From: a virus
Taxonomy: Duplodnaviria > Caudoviricetes
Virus record (IMG/VR): IMGVR_UViG_3300010163_000002
Span: 128,001 to 192,000 of that record
Reading direction: 5' to 3' (one strand)
DNA length: 64,000 bases
Below, piece after piece: positions 18,365 through 28,268 of this stretch. Both the position numbers and the translations under genes were made by a program. The number at the start of each line of letters is the position of its first letter. Position 1 is the stretch's first letter. The notes below the pieces were generated by a model that worked only from the letters and a program-made list of their open reading frames with translations, was not told the DNA's origin and ran no database searches.

Positions 18365-18961
18365 ATGAATAAAAACAAAAATGCAAAATCCGCAGTAGAA
18401 GAGGTGCACGTTATGCTCGATCGTGCTTTAAATGAAATGGTTAGTAATGGGTTAGAAGTTGATGGGCGACTAGACATTATTGATCCAAATACAAATGAAA
18501 AATGCTCTGTGTATGTAGGCAAAGATCCCACGTACGACCCCGATTTTGAAGATGCTGTATGTGGCGATGATTATGATGAGATTGAAAGTACAAAACCCGA
18601 GACAGAATGTGAGTGCCAGGACGATGAAACAGCGTTTATCGATGCGGTACAGGATATATTCATGCACGGATTATCGGATCATAATAGCGCCATTGGCACT
18701 ATAAGAAGGGATAATATTAATAAGTTCTTTAATGATTGTGGAATTGTATTTCCAAATACAAACGAGATTAAATTTGAAAATAGATGTTTATCAGATGGGC
18801 AGCTTGATATGGTTGATAACATTAGGTCTAATAATGTTATTGTTACTGAATATTTAACGGAAGTATTCAGACGCGGATTATCAGCATTGCTTGAATATAA
18901 CACACAGGCAATGATACGGTATCATAATATGTGCTCAATTGTTGAAAAGGAGGACAAATAA
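18365..18961 (+). CDS. acidic hypothetical protein
   Basis: 198-aa ORF with GGAGG RBS. Confidence 0.65.
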   Translation: MNKNKNAKSAVEEVHVMLDRALNEMVSNGLEVDGRLDIIDPNTNEKCSVYVGKDPTYDPDFEDAVCGDDYDEIESTKPETECECQDDETAFIDAVQDIFMHGLSDHNSAIGTIRRDNINKFFNDCGIVFPNTNEIKFENRCLSDGQLDMVDNIRSNNVIVTEYLTEVFRRGLSALLEYNTQAMIRYHNMCSIVEKEDK

Positions 18962-19218
18962 TGCCAAGATTTTCTGTCGGAGATATTGTAGAGGTAGCAG
19001 ATAAAATAGATCCAGAGAACCAACCAACTGTTACAGCTACAGTAAAATATGTAGAGCCAGATGATGAGATCGAAGGCTTGTACTGGCTTTATCTTTTAGC
19101 TGACGAAGAAGTTCTTAATGCTATTGTAGATGATAATCCTGCAGTTGGCAATTATTGGACTATAATTGAAGATTGCAGCAATTATATCAGATTACTCAGT
19201 AAAGCAACTATGATGTAG
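18961..19218 (+). CDS. small SH3/KOW-like hypothetical protein
   Basis: FSVGDIVEV start; AGGAGG RBS. Confidence 0.55.
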   Translation: MPRFSVGDIVEVADKIDPENQPTVTATVKYVEPDDEIEGLYWLYLLADEEVLNAIVDDNPAVGNYWTIIEDCSNYIRLLSKATMM

Positions 19219-19312
19219 TAAATAAATTGGGGAGGAATAAATCCTCCCCGGTTTTATTTTTTATAAAATATATAATAACGGTATATTATACATAAGAAAG
19301 GAGGAATTAAAA

Positions 19313-19981
19313 ATGACGAATACATTAGAAATTTGTACTGATGCCAGTATCAAGACATTCAGAAATGGTAGAGTTTTTGGGTGTTCTGGGGCACTAAGCA
19401 TCACAACTATGGAACAAGAGTATTTAATTACTCAAGATACCACTAATAACAGATCAGAATTATTAGGGGTATTATTAGGATTACAACTTGGCAAGAAAAT
19501 TATTGACAGACAGCCGGGCGTGTTTAATTATATTTGTATTTATTCTGATAGCCAATTTGCGATTTTTGGGTTGACTAGATGGATGGACGGATGGTTAAAA
19601 ACAAAAGATGCAAATGGCATTATGTATGGTAGTAATGGTAAAGCAATAAAAAATCAGGAGCTATTCATGTGCATATTGTCTTATATAACAAGTAATAACC
19701 TTAAAGTTATATTTAGACATTGTTCTGGGCATGTGAGGTTCACAAGTCCTAAAATGTTAAAATTAGCTAATGATGCATTTTATAGATCCAATGGCATGTA
19801 TCTTAGACCAGAAGATATCTATAAAATATCATACTACAATTCAATTGTAGATAATACCACAAGGCAAAAACTACAGACAATAAATCCAGATGCGTATCCG
19901 ATTATGGATTATACTGAGGACTATCGGAATATGACTAAGTATATAATTCCGAATAATTATAAAGACTATTTAGGAGTATAA
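19313..19981 (+). CDS. rnhA: ribonuclease HI
   Basis: ICTDAS, TNNRSEL, IYSDSQ, W..GW, IKNQEL, H..GH motifs. Confidence 0.9.
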   Translation: MTNTLEICTDASIKTFRNGRVFGCSGALSITTMEQEYLITQDTTNNRSELLGVLLGLQLGKKIIDRQPGVFNYICIYSDSQFAIFGLTRWMDGWLKTKDANGIMYGSNGKAIKNQELFMCILSYITSNNLKVIFRHCSGHVRFTSPKMLKLANDAFYRSNGMYLRPEDIYKISYYNSIVDNTTRQKLQTINPDAYPIMDYTEDYRNMTKYIIPNNYKDYLGV

Positions 19982-19986
19982 ATATT

Positions 19987-21045
19987 ATGAATATACCACA
20001 GCAAAATATGATGGATATGATTCAAAATGGCGCATTTGGAACCACATCGCCATTCATGAATCCACCAGAGTATCAACCTCAAGGTAATATGATACCGTTT
20101 GGAGGTTATAACGTATATCAACAACCGCAGCAATATAGTTATTATAACAATAATTTATATGGCGGTCAAAATAATCAAAATTTTATATTTCAACCAGTTA
20201 ATGGTGGATATAATCCGCCATCGCCTTATGGAAATATTAGCCCATATCAACAACAGGGTAGTTATAGTAATCCATATGGTAATATATTTACACCACAATA
20301 CCAACAGCAACCATACCCTACGTCATATTATAGTTCGTATGGTTATCAGTCTTATTATTCTCCATTGGCTATAGCCAAAATGCAAGAAGAACAGACTAAT
20401 ATGTTTAAACTTAAATGTCGCATAGTTAATAGTTTTTTCGGAAAAGAAACAAATGAAAAAATGTTAGATGCTATGTGTAATGCTCAAAACCAAACTTATA
20501 ATAAGACAGCGGAGCAAATTCAAGATGAAGAAGATATAAGATTTGTAATGCACTTATCAGATATATCGAATGGGCTAGTTCCAGAATCTGAAATAGCAAT
20601 AGATAGAGCTGGAAAAATGATAAATTTGATGAGTTATAATCTTCATAAGGAATTCGATAATCATTCATTATGTCAATTCCTAGAAGAAGATTTATGGAGA
20701 TTGCAAAGAGATAATTGGGTTAGAGAAAATATTCAACTCAATAATGATAGAAACTTGTCTAAAGTTTATAATAGCAGTGATTATAATGAATTATTAAGAT
20801 TGCATAACAGTTCAAATAGTCCATATACTTCACAGTTATTAGATAATTCTAGATATGATAATAATCTTGATGATTTAGAACTTGGCGTGCAAAGCGCAAT
20901 GGATAGAGCTAGACGAAGGCAAGCTATTCTTGAAGGCAGAATACCAGAGTTAGTATCATCGGAAGAAGCACAACAGAGAAGGGGGTTATTTACGCAATCG
21001 TTAATGCAGCAAATCTATAGGAAAGGAGCGTCTACCAATGTCTAG
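19987..21045 (+). CDS. hypothetical protein with Q/Y/N/P/G-rich low-complexity N-terminus
   Basis: First ~125 aa are nearly charge-free and Q/Y/P/N/G/S-rich. Confidence 0.75.
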   Translation: MNIPQQNMMDMIQNGAFGTTSPFMNPPEYQPQGNMIPFGGYNVYQQPQQYSYYNNNLYGGQNNQNFIFQPVNGGYNPPSPYGNISPYQQQGSYSNPYGNIFTPQYQQQPYPTSYYSSYGYQSYYSPLAIAKMQEEQTNMFKLKCRIVNSFFGKETNEKMLDAMCNAQNQTYNKTAEQIQDEEDIRFVMHLSDISNGLVPESEIAIDRAGKMINLMSYNLHKEFDNHSLCQFLEEDLWRLQRDNWVRENIQLNNDRNLSKVYNSSDYNELLRLHNSSNSPYTSQLLDNSRYDNNLDDLELGVQSAMDRARRRQAILEGRIPELVSSEEAQQRRGLFTQSLMQQIYRKGASTNV

Positions 21046-22675
21046 AGTGTCTTTAATCGAGCAATTATATGCGCCGAAAAAGAAGAGTGCTCTAGAGTTT
21101 AACTATGATGCTTTATGGGCACCGCCAATAGGGTGTTTATTATCCCAGAGTGATTTAGGGGATTTACATTATATTGCATCTTCGTTGAAATATAATGGAA
21201 ATATAGAAAAGAAGTACGAGCTTATAGATACTGTGATGAAACGAAGAGGTTTTCGTAGAGGAAATTGCGGTACTAATCGAGTGGTTTATAACTTCTTAGA
21301 AGATCAAAGATTTTGTTTTAAGGTTGCTTTAGACAGAGTTGGAATGAAAGATTCCCCTGCAGAGTTCATAAACCAGGAGTATTTCAAACCATTCTGTTGT
21401 AAAATATTTGAAGTAGATCAATCAGGAGTTGTAGGATCAGTAGAAAGGGTGAATCCTATATCATCATTAGAAGAATTTTTATCTATAGCAGATGATATTT
21501 TCAATATGATGATAACTAAAATTATAGGAAAATATGTTGTAGATGATTTAGGTACTGAAAAATTTATGAATTATGGAATAAGATATAATTCTAATGGCGT
21601 AGCATTTGGGCCTGTAGTTATAGATTTTCCATACGCATATAAATTAGACGGAGCTAAACTTATATGTAGAAAACCAGTACAAACAAAATACGGTATGACT
21701 CCATGTGGAGGAGAAATAGATTATGATGCTGGATTGAATCGTATGATGTGCACTAAATGTGGCAGAACATACACAGCGAAAGAATTATCTCAGGATGATT
21801 CAAATGTAATAAAATTCTATTCAGGAGATGTGAAAGGAGATCATAAAATGAGAGTAAGAGTTATAAGAAGATCAGATAGATCTGTTGTAAAGGATAGCGG
21901 TAGAAGTTCAAATGTATATTTATCAGAAGAAGATTTTAGATCTTCATATGGTAAGTTTGTAAATGAAACGCTTGAACCGACGCCTGTAGTAGAGACAATA
22001 AACAATAGGGCCGAACCTATCAAGAAATTTAGAGATAGATATTATACAAGTCTTCAGGTTGAAGCATTTAATAAAAGTCAGGAAGCTATGAAAGCAGCTT
22101 ATGATCAGCCATCAAATCCTGTAGTTAAAACTATTAAAGAATCAGGTTTTAATTCTATTGAATACGGACAGCCGGGAGGGCTAGAAAATTACGTTAGCCC
22201 AGAGCCAACACCTGTGATTGAAACTGTAAATACCAATTTATTCTCATTGGTTCAGGATACTTTAGAGCAGGATGAAGAGGCCGACATTGTTGAATCTGAA
22301 GTTGATAATAACGTAGAAGATGATGATAGGACTTGGCTTAATTTAAAAGACGAAGAAGGAGACGGCGATCTTATCAAGGCTATAGTAGATACGGTTGTAG
22401 ATGCAGCTAAGGATTGCATTAAAGAGAAAGACGAAAAAGCAATTCAATATTCTATAGAGCAGGATGAATATAATGATCAATCAGATCAGATAGATGAGCC
22501 GGAGTCTGGATTGTATGATGAGTATAATTATGAAAATCAGGACGATTACGATGATGGATCGGAAGAATACAGCGCGTATATTAAAGAAGATAATAAACGC
22601 AACAAAAGAGATAATAAAAGAGAACAAAGTATCAGAGCAAAAAAGAATAAATATGGCGATATGAGCCAATATTAA
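21038..22675 (+). CDS. protein-kinase-like protein with Zn ribbon and acidic disordered tail
   Basis: GTNRVVY...FKVALD...E, DD.G...NYG, VVIDF; CGG...CTKC. Confidence 0.6.
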   Translation: MSRVSLIEQLYAPKKKSALEFNYDALWAPPIGCLLSQSDLGDLHYIASSLKYNGNIEKKYELIDTVMKRRGFRRGNCGTNRVVYNFLEDQRFCFKVALDRVGMKDSPAEFINQEYFKPFCCKIFEVDQSGVVGSVERVNPISSLEEFLSIADDIFNMMITKIIGKYVVDDLGTEKFMNYGIRYNSNGVAFGPVVIDFPYAYKLDGAKLICRKPVQTKYGMTPCGGEIDYDAGLNRMMCTKCGRTYTAKELSQDDSNVIKFYSGDVKGDHKMRVRVIRRSDRSVVKDSGRSSNVYLSEEDFRSSYGKFVNETLEPTPVVETINNRAEPIKKFRDRYYTSLQVEAFNKSQEAMKAAYDQPSNPVVKTIKESGFNSIEYGQPGGLENYVSPEPTPVIETVNTNLFSLVQDTLEQDEEADIVESEVDNNVEDDDRTWLNLKDEEGDGDLIKAIVDTVVDAAKDCIKEKDEKAIQYSIEQDEYNDQSDQIDEPESGLYDEYNYENQDDYDDGSEEYSAYIKEDNKRNKRDNKREQSIRAKKNKYGDMSQY

Positions 22676-22682
22676 CTAGGAG

Positions 22683-23354
22683 GTGCTGATTATGTTTAAC
22701 AATCACACTATGTCAGTAGTCACAGATTTAGGAGAAATAGCAAATGTAATTAACAATATTGATTATATTGCTGTGGCAGCAATTACAACAAGCGATTATC
22801 CAAAATTACCAAATATCTATAATGCAACTATTCTTATGCCACCTACAGAAATATTAATGAAATGGGCGGAAGGCGATCCATATATTATGCAGAATCAGTA
22901 TCCTGCATATCTGAACAGCCAATGTCCTGATGATATGATAGTTGCTTTATTGGCTCTATTGACTAAAAAGAATGTGATACTATATATGCCAATGGATGAA
23001 TTTAATGTATTTGGTATGATGTTGCTTAACCATATATACTTTTCATATGGTATCACATGCAATACACCAACTACAAGGTTCGACGTTGATGCAACAAGAA
23101 TACCGCTGTTATTGTGCAAGTTCTATATGATAGACGCTATGAGCTCGCAGGATCTTTTAGCATCATATCCTGCCAATTCGCCATTACCATATTTTGTTAT
23201 AAACAAGCTTGCTGAGGAATTGCATCCATTTAGTTATCCAGTTACGTTTAATGAATATGCAGATTATTTTAATAATCTTAATGCTTCTAAAGGTAACAAT
23301 ATCGTTCATCCGTCTATGGTTAAGGTGGTAGATAAAAATGATAATCTTCATTGA
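22683..23354 (+). CDS. hypothetical protein (possible DUF488-like fold)
   Basis: L.PP...QY..YL...KNVILY...L.N....YG pattern; GTG start after GGAG. Confidence 0.55.
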   Translation: MLIMFNNHTMSVVTDLGEIANVINNIDYIAVAAITTSDYPKLPNIYNATILMPPTEILMKWAEGDPYIMQNQYPAYLNSQCPDDMIVALLALLTKKNVILYMPMDEFNVFGMMLLNHIYFSYGITCNTPTTRFDVDATRIPLLLCKFYMIDAMSSQDLLASYPANSPLPYFVINKLAEELHPFSYPVTFNEYADYFNNLNASKGNNIVHPSMVKVVDKNDNLH

Positions 23355-23868
23355 TAATCCGACGCTTATCAACGCATTAAGTTACAAGTTTGCAGGCAGG
23401 AAAATAGAAGTGTTGAACTTATCTTCGCTGTATAGCGGATATATAAATATAACAAATCTTATAGCTAATTTGGCTCCGATAAATACTACCGGAGTCGCAA
23501 TGCCTGAATTTGTAAATTCATATGATTTTGATATGCAATATGCATCCGCTATATTTAATAATCCAAGTTTGTATGAATCATTTATGAATATAATGATAAG
23601 AGCATATGAAGGTTATGTGGTATGCATATTAGTTCAAAGAGATCCGTATAGAGACGCTGTTATGGAATCTTTAATCAAACTTATTCAGCAAAGATATGGT
23701 TATAGTTGCTGGATAATTGAAGATGAAGGAGATGCAGATGTGATATATGAGCAAATGTTAAATCCTTATGGCATAATGACATTAGATCAAGATATACGTG
23801 TATATAATGATGCGTATGCTAAAGGTATGGTTAACGGAGGCATTTTACCAAATATATGCGTTGAGTAG
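23338..23868 (+). CDS. hypothetical protein, probable distant paralog of 22683-23354
   Basis: FDMQYA...V.ILV...ESL.KLI..RYG pattern. Confidence 0.55.
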   Translation: MIIFIDNPTLINALSYKFAGRKIEVLNLSSLYSGYINITNLIANLAPINTTGVAMPEFVNSYDFDMQYASAIFNNPSLYESFMNIMIRAYEGYVVCILVQRDPYRDAVMESLIKLIQQRYGYSCWIIEDEGDADVIYEQMLNPYGIMTLDQDIRVYNDAYAKGMVNGGILPNICVE

Positions 23869-23951
23869 TATCATATTAGGGAGTCTTAATTGGCTCCCTG
23901 ATATTTTTTATAAAATAAGCTTGACATCATAATAATTAAGGAGGTGCTAAG

Positions 23952-24647
23952 ATGCTTAATCAAACAGATATAGATAAAATTATGCAAGATATATTAGAAG
24001 GTAAAAAAGTATATCTTTATTACACTGCCCATATGATTGAGGGTAGAGAAACTAATATTCTTGATGAGCATATGTATAAAAGTGTATCGCGTTTTAAAAT
24101 TGTTAAAGTAAAAGTAAATAATGTATGTAACGCATATTTTGAAAAGTTGAATTTCTTAAATCATCCAGAGCAATATCATGTAGAAGAAGAGGAATGTTAC
24201 TACACATTTGGCTCTAAATATATACATTATTTTTCAGTAAAAAATTCTGATAAAAAATCTTATAGCAAGGATATTAATCCTAGAACGCCTTCAAATATTT
24301 ACGGATATAGAAGAGAAATATTTGAAAATGGTGTACTTATTAGTGAGTATAATGATCCTAGCCCTGTAAAAGAAGTGTATACTAATAATCCAAAATTTGG
24401 AACTTATCCTCAATCTAAAGTAATTGATATGATAAATAAAGGTGGTTTATCATGGAAATATCTTAAGTTAAATAATCCTGCGCTTGTTGATGGGATAGAC
24501 TATAATTATGTAACATCTGATTGGTATATATTGGATCTTGAAAATTATCCAATGATAGAAAAACCATTAATCAATACCAAACAGTATAGTGGCTATTTTA
24601 TGACTCTGGAAGGAGCATTTAGATATATTGAACAACTTCAAGCATAA
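23952..24647 (+). CDS. hypothetical late protein
   Basis: GACA-N6-TA at 23923-23934; AGGAGG RBS. Confidence 0.65.
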   Translation: MLNQTDIDKIMQDILEGKKVYLYYTAHMIEGRETNILDEHMYKSVSRFKIVKVKVNNVCNAYFEKLNFLNHPEQYHVEEEECYYTFGSKYIHYFSVKNSDKKSYSKDINPRTPSNIYGYRREIFENGVLISEYNDPSPVKEVYTNNPKFGTYPQSKVIDMINKGGLSWKYLKLNNPALVDGIDYNYVTSDWYILDLENYPMIEKPLINTKQYSGYFMTLEGAFRYIEQLQA

Positions 24648-24704
24648 ATATTACAGTGGAAGGATATTATCCTTCCACTAAATTTCTATAGGAGGTTAAA
24701 TAAT

Positions 24705-25538
24705 ATGAAAGCTATAGTGGCAACAGATAAAATGTGGGGGATTGGTAAAGATGGTAAACTATTATTTAATATAAAAGAAGATATGGAATTCTTCAAGACT
24801 ATAACATGCGGTAAAATTATAGTAATGGGCCGTAAAACATATGAATCCATCGGTAAAGCCCTTCCAGGCAGAATCAACTTTATTGTTACAAATAATGCAG
24901 AATACAAGAAGCTTAATGAACACTTTATTGAATTTGGAACTCTTGAAGAAATAAATTATGCTATTAAGCAATTTGACACCGATGATGTGTTTATTATTGG
25001 CGGGGAATCTATATATAAGAAATTTTTAAACAGATGCGATACAGTATATCATACAAAATATGATGCTGTTATTGATTCTGATGCAGAAATGCCAAATCTT
25101 GCATTCAATAATTTTGAATATATTAAAACTATAAGAAGCGCAAATTATTTTGGAATTGATTATACAATAAATATATGGAAACCATGCGGTCCTAAAGGCC
25201 ATAAAGGCGTAATAAATGTAGTACAGGATAAAAATATTCATTATATGTATACAGATGATTTTAATTATTATTTTGATGTGTATCAGGGAACAGAAATTAC
25301 TGATATGAAATATGTACAGTCTGTTGCATATGATTTATTATCATGGAATTTTATTTATTCAACTGATAAAATATCAGATGGGTTGTATCGTACAATAAGT
25401 GTACCTAAGAATGCAATATATGGTAATAAAAGGTGTGGAGGAATATCAACAGAATGTTTTGGGGCATTTGGAGGTTCAGAAGATGAATCTAGACTTAATC
25501 TTATACGACTCATTAAGTCTATTATTAACCATGAATAA
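24705..25538 (+). CDS. folA: dihydrofolate reductase with ~115-aa C-terminal extension
   Basis: IVA.D..WGIGKDG.L, EDMEFFK, VMGRKTYESI...LPGR.N, FIIGGESIY. Confidence 0.92.
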   Translation: MKAIVATDKMWGIGKDGKLLFNIKEDMEFFKTITCGKIIVMGRKTYESIGKALPGRINFIVTNNAEYKKLNEHFIEFGTLEEINYAIKQFDTDDVFIIGGESIYKKFLNRCDTVYHTKYDAVIDSDAEMPNLAFNNFEYIKTIRSANYFGIDYTINIWKPCGPKGHKGVINVVQDKNIHYMYTDDFNYYFDVYQGTEITDMKYVQSVAYDLLSWNFIYSTDKISDGLYRTISVPKNAIYGNKRCGGISTECFGAFGGSEDESRLNLIRLIKSIINHE

Positions 25539-25572
25539 TAATATAATATCTTTGTAAGGAGGCGAAGATATT

Positions 25573-26370
25573 ATGTTATATGACAAAACTAATTATACTG
25601 CTGATATATCATATCTTAATAATATATTCATTACAGAATATGATATATCAAAATGTAATATAAATGTTTTATTTACTAAAGGTATTATAGATAAAAACAC
25701 ATATAATTATTTGTATAATGCAGAACGTATGGTACGTCAGGTATACGTTGGCAAACTACAGAAAGATAAGAGCGTGGCTGATGCTCTTAAGTCTGGTATA
25801 ATAGAAGCAAAGAGGATGCTTTTTGAAGCTAATAACTTGCATGATAGAGATATATTAAGTATAAAGAATGATGCTGTATTTGTGATCAACAGAAAACTAC
25901 AAACAACTCAATTTGGTTTAATTAAGTTTACACCTAAAGGAGTTTATACATCATTCTATAAACTTAGGGGATTAGAAGCATATTATTACTATAACAATAT
26001 AAACAAAAATGAGTATATAGAAATTAAAGGGATGTCTGATAAAAATTTGGTATTGCATGAAAATTATTTCTTACAATTCTTAAAAGATGTATTCTATACA
26101 ATTCAGACAGTTGGCCCGGAGATAGCTTTAAGATTAATAAAAGATTTCTATATGCAATATACATCCATGCAATTACCAGTAGAATATTATAGGATGTTTG
26201 ACGCTAGTTCAGAATATCATTACATGTTTAAAACTGGTATTGGTACAGGGTTCAATATTAATTATATACCGGAGAATAGCAAAATGGCAATAGATAAATC
26301 TTATAATCTTAGTATTATTATGCAAATGCAAAGATATGTAGTGTCTATGTACTTTAATAAGTATAAATAA
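25573..26370 (+). CDS. small family-B DNA polymerase palm-like protein
   Basis: EYDISKCN (motif A-like) and SIKNDAVFV (motif C-like). Confidence 0.5.
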   Translation: MLYDKTNYTADISYLNNIFITEYDISKCNINVLFTKGIIDKNTYNYLYNAERMVRQVYVGKLQKDKSVADALKSGIIEAKRMLFEANNLHDRDILSIKNDAVFVINRKLQTTQFGLIKFTPKGVYTSFYKLRGLEAYYYYNNINKNEYIEIKGMSDKNLVLHENYFLQFLKDVFYTIQTVGPEIALRLIKDFYMQYTSMQLPVEYYRMFDASSEYHYMFKTGIGTGFNINYIPENSKMAIDKSYNLSIIMQMQRYVVSMYFNKYK

Positions 26371-26372
26371 AA

Positions 26373-26398
26373 TACCAGAGGGAGCGATCCCTCTGGTA
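26373..26398. terminator. bidirectional terminator hairpin
   Basis: TACCAGAGGGA-GCGA-TCCCTCTGGTA between convergent genes. Confidence 0.8.
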
Positions 26399-26410
26399 CA
26401 AATTTATCAT

Positions 26411-26806
26411 TTACAATAAATTATTTTCTGTAAGTACACGTTTAGTAGCAAGTTGAAAAACTCTATTATTAATAAATTCATTTGTTCCTGATATTCCATA
26501 TGTATATGCAAGTTTTATGTATAATTCCTTTGTTATATTAATACTTACTAAATAATTAATAATCGTAATATATTTTTTCATTTCTTTTTTATATTCATTA
26601 GATGAAGTAATATCTGGCCGATTATTAAATTTTGGTATTAAATTTTCATGTTCATGTATTGTCTTCTCAATAATAGAGTTCAATTCATTAGTATAATTAA
26701 CAATAATTCGATTTTTATACTTATCAAAAATTCCAATATAATCAAGAGTCGCTATAGCAAATAAAAATATACCAACTGAAAATCCTATTACTAGTAAAAT
26801 CGACAT
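26411..26806 (-). CDS. membrane-anchored hypothetical protein, paralog 1 of 3
   Basis: N-terminal TM segment; L..II...I...Y, ELY..L...YG...I.NR motif. Confidence 0.7.
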   Translation of the reverse strand: MSILLVIGFSVGIFLFAIATLDYIGIFDKYKNRIIVNYTNELNSIIEKTIHEHENLIPKFNNRPDITSSNEYKKEMKKYITIINYLVSINITKELYIKLAYTYGISGTNEFINNRVFQLATKRVLTENNLL

Positions 26807-26867
26807 TTATTTTCCCACCTTATTATTTTTATATTTTAACAAAAGTATATATTCAAGCTTTTTTGCA

Positions 26868-27263
26868 TTATAATTTTGACTCTATTGATGTCATTATATA
26901 ATTTGTTACCGCATATATTATTCTATTTTTAATAACTTGGTCTGCTTTTGGTATACCATATAATAAAACCAAATTTTTATATAATTCAGTTGGCATATCA
27001 CACATGATATCGGTATTAATATACATGGCATATTTTGCAATTTCTTTTTTAAACTTATCTGACATTATATTGCCATCTATTGTAGAAAGCATTGAATCAT
27101 ATTTATATATAGAATTATCAATTACCGCATCTAATCTAGCAATAGTCTCTTGTTCATTGCATGATGATTTATTGCCTTTACTCAAAAATTTAATTTGTTT
27201 GGTAATTATTATTGCAAAAATTAAAATTAATAATATTGTAAATACGTAATATATTGCAGCCAT
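26868..27263 (-). CDS. membrane-anchored hypothetical protein, paralog 2 of 3
   Basis: N-terminal TM segment; same motif. Confidence 0.7.
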   Translation of the reverse strand: MAAIYYVFTILLILIFAIIITKQIKFLSKGNKSSCNEQETIARLDAVIDNSIYKYDSMLSTIDGNIMSDKFKKEIAKYAMYINTDIMCDMPTELYKNLVLLYGIPKADQVIKNRIIYAVTNYIMTSIESKL

Positions 27264-27266
27264 TAT

Positions 27267-27713
27267 TTATTTTTTACCCTCCTTATTATTTGCCATATTG
27301 AATGAAAGTATGAATTCAAGCTCTTTTGCATATACTCTTGACCCTATTGCTTTTCCTATATAATCTGAATCATATAATAATGCAAGCTGACGCTGCAGTG
27401 TACTTGAAATTTTTTCTGTTACTTTTTCTGTAACATATTCGGTCATTTCTTTTTCGGCCTTGTTATTTATGTAGTACAAGTTTTTAGGTTTTAGTTGATA
27501 TAATACATATTCGTCTATGGTTTCGTCAATTATATAATCAAGATGCCCTATAATTTCTTCTTCAGAGTATTTTGTTGATACCAGTTTTAAGCTGCTATCA
27601 TTGTCAAACTTTAATGCTAAAATATTAGTGATAATATTTGTAAATTTATTTATCACAATAAGTAATAAATACAACCATACAAGCAAAATTATTTTAATTA
27701 CTAAAGATTCCAT
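27267..27713 (-). CDS. membrane-anchored hypothetical protein, paralog 3 of 3
   Basis: N-terminal TM segment; LDYIIDE..., L.LLY....I..RVY. Confidence 0.7.
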   Translation of the reverse strand: MESLVIKIILLVWLYLLLIVINKFTNIITNILALKFDNDSSLKLVSTKYSEEEIIGHLDYIIDETIDEYVLYQLKPKNLYYINNKAEKEMTEYVTEKVTEKISSTLQRQLALLYDSDYIGKAIGSRVYAKELEFILSFNMANNKEGKK

Positions 27714-27714
27714 A

Positions 27715-27888
27715 TTAGTCTCCTTTCGGTAATGCGTAATGATCTATTTCTGTTATTCCATTTGGGTACTTTGTAATCTGTTTAACTAATTTATTATCTA
27801 CATATTTACTTTCTTCTATGAAACCATCTGGGTGTTGCTCGAATATAACATTTCCATTTTCATCTTTCTTTACTATATTATTTTCCAT
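27715..27888 (-). CDS. 57-aa hypothetical protein not in the ORF track
   Basis: MENNIVKKDENGNVIFEQHPDG...ALPKGD*; GAGGGG RBS; fills the gap between neighbours exactly. Confidence 0.65.
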   Translation of the reverse strand: MENNIVKKDENGNVIFEQHPDGFIEESKYVDNKLVKQITKYPNGITEIDHYALPKGD

Positions 27889-28195
27889 TGTTCCCCTCGC
27901 TTTTCAACCTATTTTTGAACCATCGTTTCATTTTTCTTATTTTATTGCTTTTAATAGCCTTTGTATGCTCAATAGAATACATTGGTAAAACATTTCTTTT
28001 TTGCAGTTCTTCTATCAGCGCATCTACATGATAAAATTCTGTCATTATATCATCGGCATTTGTGGAAGATATATTATGTGGATTATGTGCGTCTAATCCA
28101 AATCTTAATGCTTTTGATACTGCTTGAGTTACCTCTGCGCATTCTTCCATTATGCCAATTAATAATTCTTCATTACTTATCAATTTAAACACCAC
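27878..28195 (-). CDS. MazG-like NTP pyrophosphohydrolase
   Basis: MEECAEVTQAVSKALRFG...EF..V helical motif. Confidence 0.75.
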   Translation of the reverse strand: MVFKLISNEELLIGIMEECAEVTQAVSKALRFGLDAHNPHNISSTNADDIMTEFYHVDALIEELQKRNVLPMYSIEHTKAIKSNKIRKMKRWFKNRLKSEGNNGK

Positions 28196-28268
28196 CTTTA
28201 ATAAATTTATTTAATTGTTTGGGGATTCTTAAACATCAAAATAATGTAATATAAAGGAGGGTGTTAAT

